Source: Candidatus Spechtbacteria bacterium
Lineage (GTDB): Bacteria > Patescibacteriota > Minisyncoccia > Spechtbacterales > JACPHP01
DNA length: 64,000 bases
NCBI GenBank assembly: GCA_016188605.1
Contig: JACPHP010000013.1
Location: 2,846-66,845 of the forward strand
Reading direction: 5' to 3'
Made by a program: the position numbers and the translations under genes. This document shows positions 1 through 9,587 of the stretch, piece by piece. Below the pieces are notes generated by a model. It worked only from the letters and a program-made list of their open reading frames with translations, had not been told where the DNA came from and searched no databases. Positions within the stretch are counted from its first letter, which is position 1; each line of letters opens with the position of its first letter.

Positions 1-2877
1 GTGACCCGTTTTGTAATCAACCACAATCACATCGTAGCCGTTCGGCTGAATTTCTAACTTATCTAGTTTACCCGTCAGGCGAATTATATCGCTTAGCGGT
101 ATAGAAATAGAACGTTCGTTCTCGGTGTTTTTGTTCCACGCGCCTCTATACTCTTCGTAGTATTTATCGAGCGTTTCCTCACCTCTAGCTTTGGCAGACT
201 GATAATCATGTTCATTAAGAAGTTCTGTTGCAAGGGCAAAATTAAATCGCTCAAGCAAGAATTCTTTAGGCGTGTTTGCATCTGTTTTTAAACGCTCAAA
301 AAAATCATGAAGTCCCGCGTGAATTGCCGTGCCATACATTTGCTGTTTGCTTGGCGCGTGCGGCACGCGAAGTAAATTGATATAAAAATATTTCCATGGA
401 CATTCAAGATAGTTATTAAAAGCTGTTACGGGTAAGCCGCGTTTTGTAAATAATTCAGCAACGAATTCGCGCTCTTGCAGTGGCGGCGTGGTTGCGATAG
501 ATGATGAAAAGAATAACGCTGGGTTTTGTTGTGCCTCAAGCTCGTATGCCTCGGTGCCACCGCGAGCAACAAGTTCACTTCTGATCTCGGATATAAAATT
601 GGTTGGGATTTGTTCTCTGCCAGCATCGTTTAATAAAGTACAGCTGATATGCGCGCCGTGGCGAGCGCGAGTAAGCGCGACAAAGAAAAGACGGCGCTCG
701 TCTTCATATTTGTCTATTTTGGGGTCAGTATCTATTAAAGATGGCCGAGGAGGGTCTGACCCTCCTTTTAGGAGGGTCAGACCCTCCTCGGACGCTGTTA
801 TTAGTTGAGGCAAGCGAAACAGACGTGGCTTTACCCGCCCACCCCATTTTGAGTCCGCCGCATTTGGCACAAAAACATAATCAAACTCAAGGCCTTTCGC
901 GCCATGAACGCTCATCACGCGCACAGCTCGCAGCGATGCTTTAAATGAGCTAGTCTTTATTTTAATGTTATGCTTTTCTACAAGATCGAGATGCTGTAGA
1001 AAATCCGCAAGATTCGCTTTACGCGAAGTCCCACCGCTGCTGGGATGAGATGAAAGAAAATTCTTCAATTCACGAAAAAGCGCGTGAATACCCGCCATCA
1101 TTCGCGGGTCATCGCCATTCTGTTTTACTATATCCAAAAATTTTCCTTCGCGGACAATGCGTTCGAAAAGCACCAGCGCGTTTTCGCTCGCCAAATCCTG
1201 TCTTATACCCGAAAGTAAGGAGTAGGCATGAAAAATAGCCGGCGAATTTTCAAAATGCAGTTTTTTATGCACCTGCGTAGCGCCCATTAGCTCTATAACT
1301 GTCGGTTTTACGTCGTCGGTCTTTTTTTTCGAATCTAAGTTATCCACATAGGGTATCCCGAGCACCCCATGTCTATGGTGCGCATATTCTATTTTGTTGC
1401 GATAAGCAAAAAGACGATATATATCAATTGGCGGAATGCCAAGCGTATCAATATGTAATACTGGGAGAAGCTTTTCGTCACTTCCAAAATCAACCGCGTA
1501 GCGCATGATGCTAAGTATTTTTTTAACTTGCGCGTCTTCCAGCATGTCGTGCTGTGATTCCCAAACATAAGGTATGCCTAGCTTTGCAAAAATGGAAGTC
1601 ACGGGAACAGCGCTTTCGTGCTCGCGCACGAGAACCGCAATTTCGCGCGGATCAACGCCGTTTGCAATTAACTCCTCAATTTTTTTGCCGATAAAATAGT
1701 TTTCTGACTGGGTATCAGCGAATTCCCAAAACTCAATCGGTTTTTTAGGTTCATACCTAGGGCCTCCGGGAGGCCCTAGGTATGAACCTTCTCTGTTCGC
1801 ATACAAAGCATCGTTTACTTCGGGGAGAATGTTGCTGATTCTGCTTTGGTTTTGCTTTATTAAATCCATTGCGCCGTCGAGTATTGGCTGTGATGAGCGA
1901 TAGTTCTGATGTAGCGTAATCAGCTTTGCGCCACTAAAGCGTTTATGAAAGTACAGAAAGTTAGCAAGCGTCGCGCCTTGAAAGCGAAAAATTGCCTGCT
2001 TCTCATCCCCCACCACAAAAAGATTTGGCGCTTCATTTTCAGAACATAGCAATGCCAGCACATTATTCTGGCCGTTGTTTGTGTCCTGATGTTCATCTAC
2101 TAGAATATAGTCGTATGCTTCCGAAACACGCATGCGGAAGTTCTCGTCGTTTTGCAGTTTCTTTACCACAAACAAAATCATATCGTTATAGTCGTAACGT
2201 TTTTGCTGTGCTAATTCCTGCTGATAGCGCTCATATACAACCACGAGTTCCCTATTTTTATTGATAAACTTTTCCTGATCTTGATATTTTCCCTTCATCT
2301 TGCCTTCATGTGCGCCTTTTTCGTGGTACAAGTCATCAATTTGTAAAAACGCGTTATGTTCTTTTTCAACAAGCTCGCTAAGTGCGGCTGGCGTGACTCC
2401 TTCGCGTTTTAACGTGCTGATTTCGGCGAGCGCGGATTTGATGTAAAAATATGGGTCGCCGAATGGGCGCAGCAGCGAGAGGGGTGTGTTGTCGAAAATT
2501 TGCTCAAGCAATTGTACTTGCTCAACCTCGCTTACGTTTTCCGCGGTGCCAACTTGCGGAAAATCTTCCGGATATCGCTGGATAAGCGCGTTGCAAAAAC
2601 TGTGAAATGTTAAAACCGTCACGTAATATCCTTGCGTGCCAATGAGCTCGCTCAAACGCTTACGCATGGCAGAAACACCCGCTTCACTGAATGTAAGCGC
2701 GAGAATTCTTTGCGGCGCAATTTTTTTCTGGCGCAAAATATTGGCGATACGAAGAGCCAATATTTGTGTTTTGCCAGTCCCCGGCCCCGCAATAACCATA
2801 ACCGGGCCGTCGAGCGTGTCTACGGCCTGCTTTTGCTCAGGATTTAACTTTTGATAGAGGGTATCGAAAGAGGACAT
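1..2877 (-). CDS. UvrD/PcrA-family ATP-dependent DNA helicase with C-terminal PD-(D/E)XK nuclease domain (3' end runs off window)
   Basis: Missing from the ORF track, presumably because its stop lies outside the window. Manual translation from ATG 2877 gives MSSFDTLYQKLNPEQKQAVDTLDGPVMVIAGPGTGKTQ (Q motif and Walker A). The same frame near position 1 reads GKLDKLE...VVDYKTG (nuclease motif). Confidence 0.9.
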   Translation of the reverse strand, partial: MSSFDTLYQKLNPEQKQAVDTLDGPVMVIAGPGTGKTQILALRIANILRQKKIAPQRILALTFSEAGVSAMRKRLSELIGTQGYYVTVLTFHSFCNALIQRYPEDFPQVGTAENVSEVEQVQLLEQIFDNTPLSLLRPFGDPYFYIKSALAEISTLKREGVTPAALSELVEKEHNAFLQIDDLYHEKGAHEGKMKGKYQDQEKFINKNRELVVVYERYQQELAQQKRYDYNDMILFVVKKLQNDENFRMRVSEAYDYILVDEHQDTNNGQNNVLALLCSENEAPNLFVVGDEKQAIFRFQGATLANFLYFHKRFSGAKLITLHQNYRSSQPILDGAMDLIKQNQSRISNILPEVNDALYANREGSYLGPPGGPRYEPKKPIEFWEFADTQSENYFIGKKIEELIANGVDPREIAVLVREHESAVPVTSIFAKLGIPYVWESQHDMLEDAQVKKILSIMRYAVDFGSDEKLLPVLHIDTLGIPPIDIYRLFAYRNKIEYAHHRHGVLGIPYVDNLDSKKKTDDVKPTVIELMGATQVHKKLHFENSPAIFHAYSLLSGIRQDLASENALVLFERIVREGKFLDIVKQNGDDPRMMAGIHALFRELKNFLSSHPSSGGTSRKANLADFLQHLDLVEKHNIKIKTSSFKASLRAVRVMSVHGAKGLEFDYVFVPNAADSKWGGRVKPRLFRLPQLITASEEGLTLLKGGSDPPRPSLIDTDPKIDKYEDERRLFFVALTRARHGAHISCTLLNDAGREQIPTNFISEIRSELVARGGTEAYELEAQQNPALFFSSSIATTPPLQEREFVAELFTKRGLPVTAFNNYLECPWKYFYINLLRVPHAPSKQQMYGTAIHAGLHDFFERLKTDANTPKEFLLERFNFALATELLNEHDYQSAKARGEETLDKYYEEYRGAWNKNTENERSISIPLSDIIRLTGKLDKLEIQPNGYDVIVVDYKTGH
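745..791. repeat. Perfect 22-bp-arm palindrome inside the uvrD CDS
   Basis: CCGAGGAGGGTCTGACCCTCCT-TTT-AGGAGGGTCAGACCCTCCTCGG; the same arm recurs intergenically at ~17343-17361. Confidence 0.9.
1747..1789. repeat. Perfect 21-bp-arm palindrome inside the uvrD CDS
   Basis: AGGTTCATACCTAGGGCCTCC-G-GGAGGCCCTAGGTATGAACCT; translates in frame as GSYLGPPGGPRYEP. Confidence 0.9.
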
Positions 2878-2887
2878 AAAAAATGAC

Positions 2888-2972
2888 CATCAACGAATAA
2901 CGAATCTGCTACGAATTTACGAATATGGTTAGCAAATTCGTTTATTCGCACAGGATTCGTTATTCGTTGATG
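2888..2972. repeat. Heptamer-arm inverted repeat, family E (AACGAAT)
   Basis: CATCAACGAATAACGAAT...ATTCGTTATTCGTTGATG; sister copy at 42625-42712. Confidence 0.85.
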
Positions 2973-3385
2973 ATAGATGTGTGGTATTCCCTCGGCTTAT
3001 AAGCCTTCATCACTCGAACAACAATTTTCGCCCCGTTTTCTTTCATCCAGCGGTAAATATCTTTTTTAAGTTCTTTCTGGTCATATCCAAGGCATACCAC
3101 GTCTGGTTTGAGGCGTTTTAGCGCAAGATACTCCCCCGTTTCCTTGTCTCCGAGCACCGCCCTATCAACGAGATGATGTGCCGCAACGCGACTGCGGCGT
3201 TGGCGTTCATTTAGCTGAGATGTTTTGCCTTTTAATTGAAGCGCTATTTCATCTCTTCCTACAATAACAACAATCTCATCGCCGTATGCTCGCGCCTGTT
3301 GTAAAAAATGTTCGTGCCCTAAATGTAGGCCGTCAAAAATACCAAAAACCACTACTCTCTTTTTTAATTTATTATTTTGTTCCAT
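2960..3385 (-). CDS. Cytidylyl/adenylyltransferase family protein (RibL/FAD synthase-like)
   Basis: VFGIFDGLHLGH (HxGH) motif; LKPDVVCLGYDQ. Confidence 0.75.
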   Translation of the reverse strand: MEQNNKLKKRVVVFGIFDGLHLGHEHFLQQARAYGDEIVVIVGRDEIALQLKGKTSQLNERQRRSRVAAHHLVDRAVLGDKETGEYLALKRLKPDVVCLGYDQKELKKDIYRWMKENGAKIVVRVMKAYKPREYHTSIINE

Positions 3386-3422
3386 GTCTTTATTAAAGCA
3401 AGATGGGAGTAAAAAGACAAAT

Positions 3423-3548
3423 AATTTCGAATTTTTAATTTTGAATTTCGAATGAATTTTGAATGACTAAAATTAGAAAAACTATCTGTAATCTTGTTAG
3501 CTTATAGGCTTTCGAAATTAAATATTTCTAATTTTATTCAAAATTCAA
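3423..3548. repeat. AT-rich heptamer-arm inverted repeat, family F
   Basis: AATTTCGAATTTTTAATTTTGAATTTCGAATGAATT...TTCGAAATT...ATTCAAAATTC. Confidence 0.65.
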
Positions 3549-3609
3549 GTCCTCTTGTACTTTCTCCAAATACAATGTACGTAAAAGCTATAGAGAGGTG
3601 TGATACGAC

Positions 3610-4359
3610 ATGCTGACATGGCTCTGGCTCGGCCTATATGATTTTTTAGAAATGCTGGAACTGCAAGAGCGATTGTTCCTTAACAAGCAACAAGGCGATG
3701 ACAAGAATTATCTCATTTTCGCGGAACATTCGCCCGTTTATACATATGACGAACGAAAGCCGCGAGATCATCTTTGGCGCTTGCCAAAGCCAGCTAGTGT
3801 GCCGCTAATCCATGCGCCACGCGCTGGCAGTATCACTTATCATGGCCCGGGTCAGCTTGTTTGTTACTGTATTCTAGATTTGAAAACGCTCGACCTTGAT
3901 GGTCCTCTTGCCTTGAATTGGGTTATAGAGGAAACGATCATCCGCACGCTTGCCGAATTTGGCATTGTCGGACATCGGCGCAAAGAACCAGTCGCGGCGC
4001 AAGGCGTATGGGTTACAGGCAGTGACGGCGTAGAGCGTAAAATTGCCTCGCGCGGCATTTCTACAAATAAAGGCATTGCTCGTTTCGGCTTTGCGCTTAA
4101 CGTCACGACCGAGCTGTCTTATTTTGATTACATATATCCGTGCGGCATTAATATACAGATGACTTCCGTATACCGCGAGTGTCGTAAATACATTGATTTA
4201 AACGCAGTCGCGCGCCTCCTCGTGTATCATTTTGAAAAAGTTATCGATGATAGAAAAGAGGCGATGCCGCACGACGAGATTGCTTTTCCGCCAGCGGCAT
4301 CTGCCCGCCTCTGGCGTGGCCTGCCCGCCTCTGGCGGGGATCGCGATGACAAAAAGTAG
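3610..4359 (+). CDS. lipB: Lipoyl(octanoyl) transferase LipB, C-terminus extended by repeat elements
   Basis: EHSPVYT, RAGSITYHGPGQLVCY, KIAS, GFALNV, F..IYPCG motifs. Confidence 0.9.
   Translation: MLTWLWLGLYDFLEMLELQERLFLNKQQGDDKNYLIFAEHSPVYTYDERKPRDHLWRLPKPASVPLIHAPRAGSITYHGPGQLVCYCILDLKTLDLDGPLALNWVIEETIIRTLAEFGIVGHRRKEPVAAQGVWVTGSDGVERKIASRGISTNKGIARFGFALNVTTELSYFDYIYPCGINIQMTSVYRECRKYIDLNAVARLLVYHFEKVIDDRKEAMPHDEIAFPPAASARLWRGLPASGGDRDDKK
4272..4350. repeat. Nested GC-rich palindromic elements in the lipB 3' end
   Basis: GAGATTGCT...CGCGATGAC outer element containing two CTGCCCGCCTCTGGCG units. Confidence 0.75.
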
Positions 4360-4377
4360 CGACATTTCTACAAAAGT

Positions 4378-4414
4378 AAAACCCCGCCAGATAAAACTGA
4401 CGGGGTAATTTTTT
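4378..4414. terminator. Bidirectional intrinsic terminator between lipB and E2
   Basis: AAAACCCCGCCAG-ATAAAA-CTGACGGGGTAATTTTTT between convergent genes. Confidence 0.7.
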
Positions 4415-4428
4415 ATAAAAAAGATTAA

Positions 4429-5994
4429 TTAACACTTGCCACAAAGTTCTTGCAATTCCGGAATGATGTGTTCGTCAAGCTCACCGAACACTGTGTCTAT
4501 AAATCGTGTTATGAATCCACCGCCCACCGCGCGATGATCAAAAGTAATGGGAATTGTCGCCCAACCATCTCTGTCAATCTCGCCAAGATCTACTTGCAGA
4601 GAAACATCCTTTGTTAGAAGCGAATAACCAGACCGCTGACGAACCTTCGAGCGACGCGCGGGAGGAATCAGCGTCTTTAATCCTCCGATATTATTAAAAA
4701 TAAAAGTAAATCCTTTTTGCTCCATTAAAGTAAAGGTGCGATCCTGCGACTTTCGCTGAAGAGTAGCAGTCGCGCGAGCAAGATCAACAAGAGAAAGTGT
4801 GTTTGCCTGACGCACTGTCAAAATTACGAGCTCATCTCGTGGCGTATTAAACGCGATGCCGAGATTTATATTCATGCTTCGCACAAACACCAACTTACCT
4901 TTTTCATCGGTATCTATATATCCATTCAAAAACGCGGCGAACTCGTCTCGCGCAAGCACTCGAACAAGCGCGGCAACAAAAGGAAACGCAAGCTGAAGTT
5001 TCACTCCGACCCTTTTTTCAAATTTTTGTCCATACCATTGCCGAAACGAAGTAAGAATGGATACATCGTGATCTTTTTCATCTTGACCAGTTGGTTTTTT
5101 CCAACCCTCCTCAAGATTTCGCGCGATGGCTTGTTGCACAGGCGAAAGAGGAATTATTTTTGTTTCCGCGCCATTGCTGACAGCGGGAGTTGTGGAAGGA
5201 GCAGGGGTAGTAGGAGTTGGTAAAATTTGCTTATCAAAAACAAGGAATTTTTCAACATCTGCGGGAAGAATTATTCCATCGGGACCTGTTCCCGCTATTC
5301 CCGCAGCATCAAGATCAATGCCGCGTTCTCGCGCAAGCGCACGCGCTGCTGGGCTTGCCCTGAGCTCTTTATTGTCGAAGGGGCTTGCCTTGATAGCCAC
5401 ATTTGATGGAACAACCGACATTTTCGATTCTACATTTTGCGTAGCAAGAATAGCAGAAGAAACTTCACGCACTAATTGTTGTGTATCCGTTACATGGCGC
5501 TCATACGCCTCAACCTGTTCTTTTCCAATTCTTCCCGTGGAGTCAACGCCAACGATTTTATAAACAGCTGCCGGGTCGATATTGCGCGCGCGCATCATTT
5601 GCCAGGCAAGAGGAGTTATTTTATAAGGCATATCAATTGTTTCTTCTGGCTCAATAGACGCGCTATTGGACAAAATTGAACGGCCGATAGACAACACCGG
5701 CTCATCTTCAATATAACCAAGAACGGTGCGATAAAACGTTATGCCGCCGCTCTGTTCTTGCAGATCGCTAGTTACCTGAAATTCACCGCCGTCAGTGTAA
5801 ATAATTTCTACCAAAACGCCTAATATTTTTGCTTTCAGCGTTACTTCTGCTTTTTCCGTTTGAATTACTACAAGATCATCGCCAATTTTTATCGTTTCGC
5901 CTTGTTTGCGCAGCCATTGAATAACGGACATTTCCAAAGTTCCGGGATAAGAACCTCCCGTGTCTTCGGTTGATACGCGTATTGGGTGGCGCAT
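4429..5994 (-). CDS. 2-oxoacid dehydrogenase E2 (dihydrolipoamide acyltransferase), divergent
   Basis: Lipoyl domain (IQTEKA), two peripheral subunit-binding-like motifs (ITPLA..., ASPAARALARERGIDL..GTGPDG), catalytic TFDHRAVGG. Confidence 0.85.
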   Translation of the reverse strand: MRHPIRVSTEDTGGSYPGTLEMSVIQWLRKQGETIKIGDDLVVIQTEKAEVTLKAKILGVLVEIIYTDGGEFQVTSDLQEQSGGITFYRTVLGYIEDEPVLSIGRSILSNSASIEPEETIDMPYKITPLAWQMMRARNIDPAAVYKIVGVDSTGRIGKEQVEAYERHVTDTQQLVREVSSAILATQNVESKMSVVPSNVAIKASPFDNKELRASPAARALARERGIDLDAAGIAGTGPDGIILPADVEKFLVFDKQILPTPTTPAPSTTPAVSNGAETKIIPLSPVQQAIARNLEEGWKKPTGQDEKDHDVSILTSFRQWYGQKFEKRVGVKLQLAFPFVAALVRVLARDEFAAFLNGYIDTDEKGKLVFVRSMNINLGIAFNTPRDELVILTVRQANTLSLVDLARATATLQRKSQDRTFTLMEQKGFTFIFNNIGGLKTLIPPARRSKVRQRSGYSLLTKDVSLQVDLGEIDRDGWATIPITFDHRAVGGGFITRFIDTVFGELDEHIIPELQELCGKC

Positions 5995-6004
5995 TGCAAT
6001 CCTC

Positions 6005-8209
6005 CTAAAACTTCATTGCGTCGCGAACGGCTTCAGCTAGCCGACGCGAACGAAGTCGAGTGTCATTTTCACGTTTTTCAAGCTCAAAAGGCAAACGATC
6101 CCATTCCAACACCGAGGCGCTAGGAATTGGGATGTCTTTTGCCGCGAGAACAACAATCGGAGCGCGTAACCGTGACCAAACCCCAACATCGCTGTCCAGG
6201 TCATCCTTGATATACGCACCCACACCGCCCTTGCGGCTTGCCTCATGCATAATAATCACTCGGCCGGTCTTTTTGGCAGAAACGGCAATAGTTTCAATGT
6301 CCAAAGGCACCACCGTACGCAAGTCCACAACTTCACATTCAATGCCTTCCTTGGCAAGCTCTTCTGCTTCGTTAAGTGCCGCTTGCACCGCGCAAGCGCC
6401 ATATACAACAACAGTTACATCTTTACCCTCACGCTTAACAGCTGCCTTGCCCAACGGAATCATGTATGGCTCGTTAGGCACCAACCGTCGAAATTCACGC
6501 TTGCCGTGCGCGTAAATCTGCATATATATGACGACGGGATTAGGATCCTCGTTTGCTGCCCGTAAAAGGCCGGCGAGGTCGTAGGCATCCGCGGGAAATA
6601 CGACCTTCCATCCCTGATTGTGAAAAAAATCCGCTTCCGTACAATCGCTATGGTAATGGCCGGAACCTCCCTCTCCCACAACGCCGAAATGGTTAAGAAG
6701 AACTATGGGATAGAGCCGCTTTTTTTGATAAAAATTAGCCCCAACAACATAGTCCACTATTACTAAAGATTCTTTGCCAAAAGGCGCGTATTCGTACTCT
6801 CCCCATGGTTTCAATCCCATTGAAGCGCGGCCAACAAGATTTGCAACAAGCGCTTCTTCGGAAATAGGAGTATTAAAAACTCTGCCGTTGCCAAATTTTT
6901 CTTCTAACCCGCGCCATAGGGCAAACACACCGCCTGTGGGATGAGCAATGTCCTCTCCGCAAAATGTAACGCTAGAATCATTGCGCAGACATTCCTCCAA
7001 TACCATCAAAGCGGCAGTATTGTATGGCACAAGACGACTATTTTCTTGCGCTGGTTTGACTTCTTGCAAAGTATAAACGTGAGGAGCAAAACGCGCAGAG
7101 TCTTTCTGGTCTTCCTCGAGTGATACGTTTTGTTCTTCCAAGGCACTTTCGGAACGAGCATTCATCTCGTCTTCAGCCCGATTTTCTATCTCATCAATCT
7201 CGCGTTCGCTTAAAATCTGATGCGAAATAAGATAATTCGCAAACCGTTTAAGCGGTTCGCTTGCCCAAGAAGCTTCAAGCTCCATTTTTTCTTCTGAGGT
7301 TAACGTTCCGTGCTGGTCTTCGTTATGCGCAGTGCGCCGATAGGTATGAGCGATAATAAGCGAGCTTCCTTCAAGCCGCTGCGCCCTATGAGCTGCAATT
7401 TTTATCGCATCCGCAACTTCAAGCGGATCATCGCCATCTACATCAAGTCCACACCAACCGGGATATCCAAGCGCGCGCTGAGCAAAGTGGGAGGGACGCC
7501 CTTTATGCGCATTTCCATGTTCTTCGCGGGGGTCAGTATAAAGAGATTTTTGATTAACCTGTATAACTACAATAAGCGGAGCTCCCCGCTGAACGCCCGT
7601 CTTGCGAGCAAGATCGTCCAAAAACGGCTCCTGCTCAGACAATTCTTTTTCGGAAAGAGGAGCATTGGACGCCGCAACCCAATTCATCACCTCGTGAACA
7701 ACACCCTGCTGCGCGGCGCCCTCTCCAAAGCATGATACGACCACAGGCCGTTTTGATGGTTCGCGGCCGTCGTACTCCAACATACGAAGAGCTTCTGCGC
7801 GCCCAGCCGATACCCCGATCATTGCCGCCATGTGAGACACATCGAATCCACCGATGCGGTGTTCTGGAAATCCAAAATGCACATTTGCATCACGCCCGCG
7901 GTCTGGGCTCGTGGCTTTCAAGTAGTGATTTTTTATAAACTCATAAGAAAGATCCACGCCAAGAATATCACTCATTGCGGGTGTCAATGACCACAACGTT
8001 CGATGATCGCCATCTTTCCACGATTTTTCAGCAATACCAAGTTCGTGCAACCCCCACACAATGCCAGCGCCTATAGCTTCCTGACCCATCGCCGTAAGTA
8101 ATGGGCCGTGAATTTTAGCGCGATTTCTCTTTAATACATTGCAAAGCGCGCGGGCTGAAGCAAGCCAGTAATATAACCTGGATAATTCCTCGCGTTTTTT
8201 CGTACTCAT
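6005..8209 (-). CDS. 2-oxoacid dehydrogenase E1, fused alpha+beta
   Basis: GQEAIG, ThDP-binding-like CFGEGAAQQG..N, TYRRTAHNEDQ; beta part GEDI..GG, RVFNTPISE, GKAAVKREGKDVT, EVVDLRTVVPLD. Confidence 0.88.
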   Translation of the reverse strand: MSTKKREELSRLYYWLASARALCNVLKRNRAKIHGPLLTAMGQEAIGAGIVWGLHELGIAEKSWKDGDHRTLWSLTPAMSDILGVDLSYEFIKNHYLKATSPDRGRDANVHFGFPEHRIGGFDVSHMAAMIGVSAGRAEALRMLEYDGREPSKRPVVVSCFGEGAAQQGVVHEVMNWVAASNAPLSEKELSEQEPFLDDLARKTGVQRGAPLIVVIQVNQKSLYTDPREEHGNAHKGRPSHFAQRALGYPGWCGLDVDGDDPLEVADAIKIAAHRAQRLEGSSLIIAHTYRRTAHNEDQHGTLTSEEKMELEASWASEPLKRFANYLISHQILSEREIDEIENRAEDEMNARSESALEEQNVSLEEDQKDSARFAPHVYTLQEVKPAQENSRLVPYNTAALMVLEECLRNDSSVTFCGEDIAHPTGGVFALWRGLEEKFGNGRVFNTPISEEALVANLVGRASMGLKPWGEYEYAPFGKESLVIVDYVVGANFYQKKRLYPIVLLNHFGVVGEGGSGHYHSDCTEADFFHNQGWKVVFPADAYDLAGLLRAANEDPNPVVIYMQIYAHGKREFRRLVPNEPYMIPLGKAAVKREGKDVTVVVYGACAVQAALNEAEELAKEGIECEVVDLRTVVPLDIETIAVSAKKTGRVIIMHEASRKGGVGAYIKDDLDSDVGVWSRLRAPIVVLAAKDIPIPSASVLEWDRLPFELEKRENDTRLRSRRLAEAVRDAMKF

Positions 8210-8502
8210 CCCCTGCCTCCTTCGGTTGCCGTAGCTTTTCCGCCCGAGGCGGACATGTCCGCCCGAAATGCCTGCCCGCCTCTGGCGTAGACCATCTGTA
8301 ATTATTGCCCTGGCTGAAACGTAGAAGACCCACTAAATTGTTAAATAACTCGGCAGGCTCCTCAAGCAGGAGTCTACGATGTCACACATATCACTTTATT
8401 ATATGGCTAGCAATAGAATTAAGTTGTATAATAATACTACGAATATCGGAATGAAACATCTTTAAATAAGTTTGAGTTGTAAAAAATTTCAACGATTTAA
8501 AA

Positions 8503-8582
8503 ATGAATACAGAATTTAGAATACAGAATACAGGAAAACGTCGTGTTTAGTCCCTATATTCGGTATTCTGTATTCATTATTC
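8503..8582. repeat. Heptamer-arm inverted repeat, family D (GAATACA)
   Basis: GAATACAGAATTTAGAATACAGAATACAG...TATTCGGTATTCTGTATTC. Confidence 0.8.
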
Positions 8583-8660
8583 AAAACAAGGATTAGATTC
8601 ATAAAACCTTACATTGAATGGTCATTACGATTTCTCATCTGACTATTTGTTAATTAACCT

Positions 8661-9575
8661 ATGCTTCGCTCTGTCAATTCCCAAACAATAACCTGGATTG
8701 ATATACAAGATCCTACTAAAAAAGATGTTGCTTTTTTGCAGCAAAATTTTCATTTTCATCCGCTTATTTTAGATGAGCTTATCCCTCCTAGCTATCGCCC
8801 TAAAGTTGAGCATCACGAAGATTACATGTTCCTTGTGCTTCATTATCCCGCATATAATAAATACTTGCGGGAAACCGAGCGGAAAGAATTGGATATTATC
8901 ATTACTAAAACCCACGTTGTTACAACCCACTTTGGGTCAGCTCTGCCTATCAAGTCTTTGTTCGATAAAACGAATCTTTACGCGGAGAAAAAGAAAGAAT
9001 ATCTTGGTCCCACAACAGGCCATCTACTCTATCATGTGATTTCTGCTATTCTTTCAGCATCAACACGCAAAGCTGATGAACTTGAAAATGAAATAGAGAA
9101 AATAGAGAAAGATATTTTTCAAGGACACGAAAGGGCGATGCTCTCTAAAATTTCACGCTCAAAGCGTGACGTAATTGACGTGAGACGTATTTTGGCGCCG
9201 CAAGAAAAGATCTTTGTATCTTTGGCAGCAGAAGAGAGAAAGTATTGGGATGGAAATTTAAAGCCATACTTTGAAGATATTATGGGCATGTATAACGGAA
9301 TATGGAATATTCTTCAGGAACATCGCGAAACTCTTGCTTCTTTGGGTGAAACCAACGAATCATTGCTATCAACAAAAACAAACAATATTATTTCAGCCCT
9401 GACTATAATAACCGCCATGTCGCTTCCCGCAATGACTATCACTTCTATATGGGGTATGCGAACAAACTACATGCCACTAATGAATGCGCGAAATGATTTC
9501 TGGATTATAATTAGCATCATTGCGATTGCGGAGGTTGTAGCTTATTATATTTTGCATCGGAAAGGTTGGGTTTAA
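8661..9575 (+). CDS. corA: CorA-family divalent cation transporter
   Basis: WIDIQDP, FHPLILDE, RPKVE, two C-terminal TM helices; signature loop reads GMR instead of GMN. Confidence 0.85.
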   Translation: MLRSVNSQTITWIDIQDPTKKDVAFLQQNFHFHPLILDELIPPSYRPKVEHHEDYMFLVLHYPAYNKYLRETERKELDIIITKTHVVTTHFGSALPIKSLFDKTNLYAEKKKEYLGPTTGHLLYHVISAILSASTRKADELENEIEKIEKDIFQGHERAMLSKISRSKRDVIDVRRILAPQEKIFVSLAAEERKYWDGNLKPYFEDIMGMYNGIWNILQEHRETLASLGETNESLLSTKTNNIISALTIITAMSLPAMTITSIWGMRTNYMPLMNARNDFWIIISIIAIAEVVAYYILHRKGWV

Positions 9576-9587
9576 CGGTCTTAGGAT

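Noticed and set aside
1340-1348. DnaA box TTATCCACA
   Set aside because: Single copy inside a CDS, with no cluster or origin-like context.
93-2854. Short ORFs listed in 93-2854
   Set aside because: Shadows of the single minus-strand helicase-nuclease gene that runs off the window.
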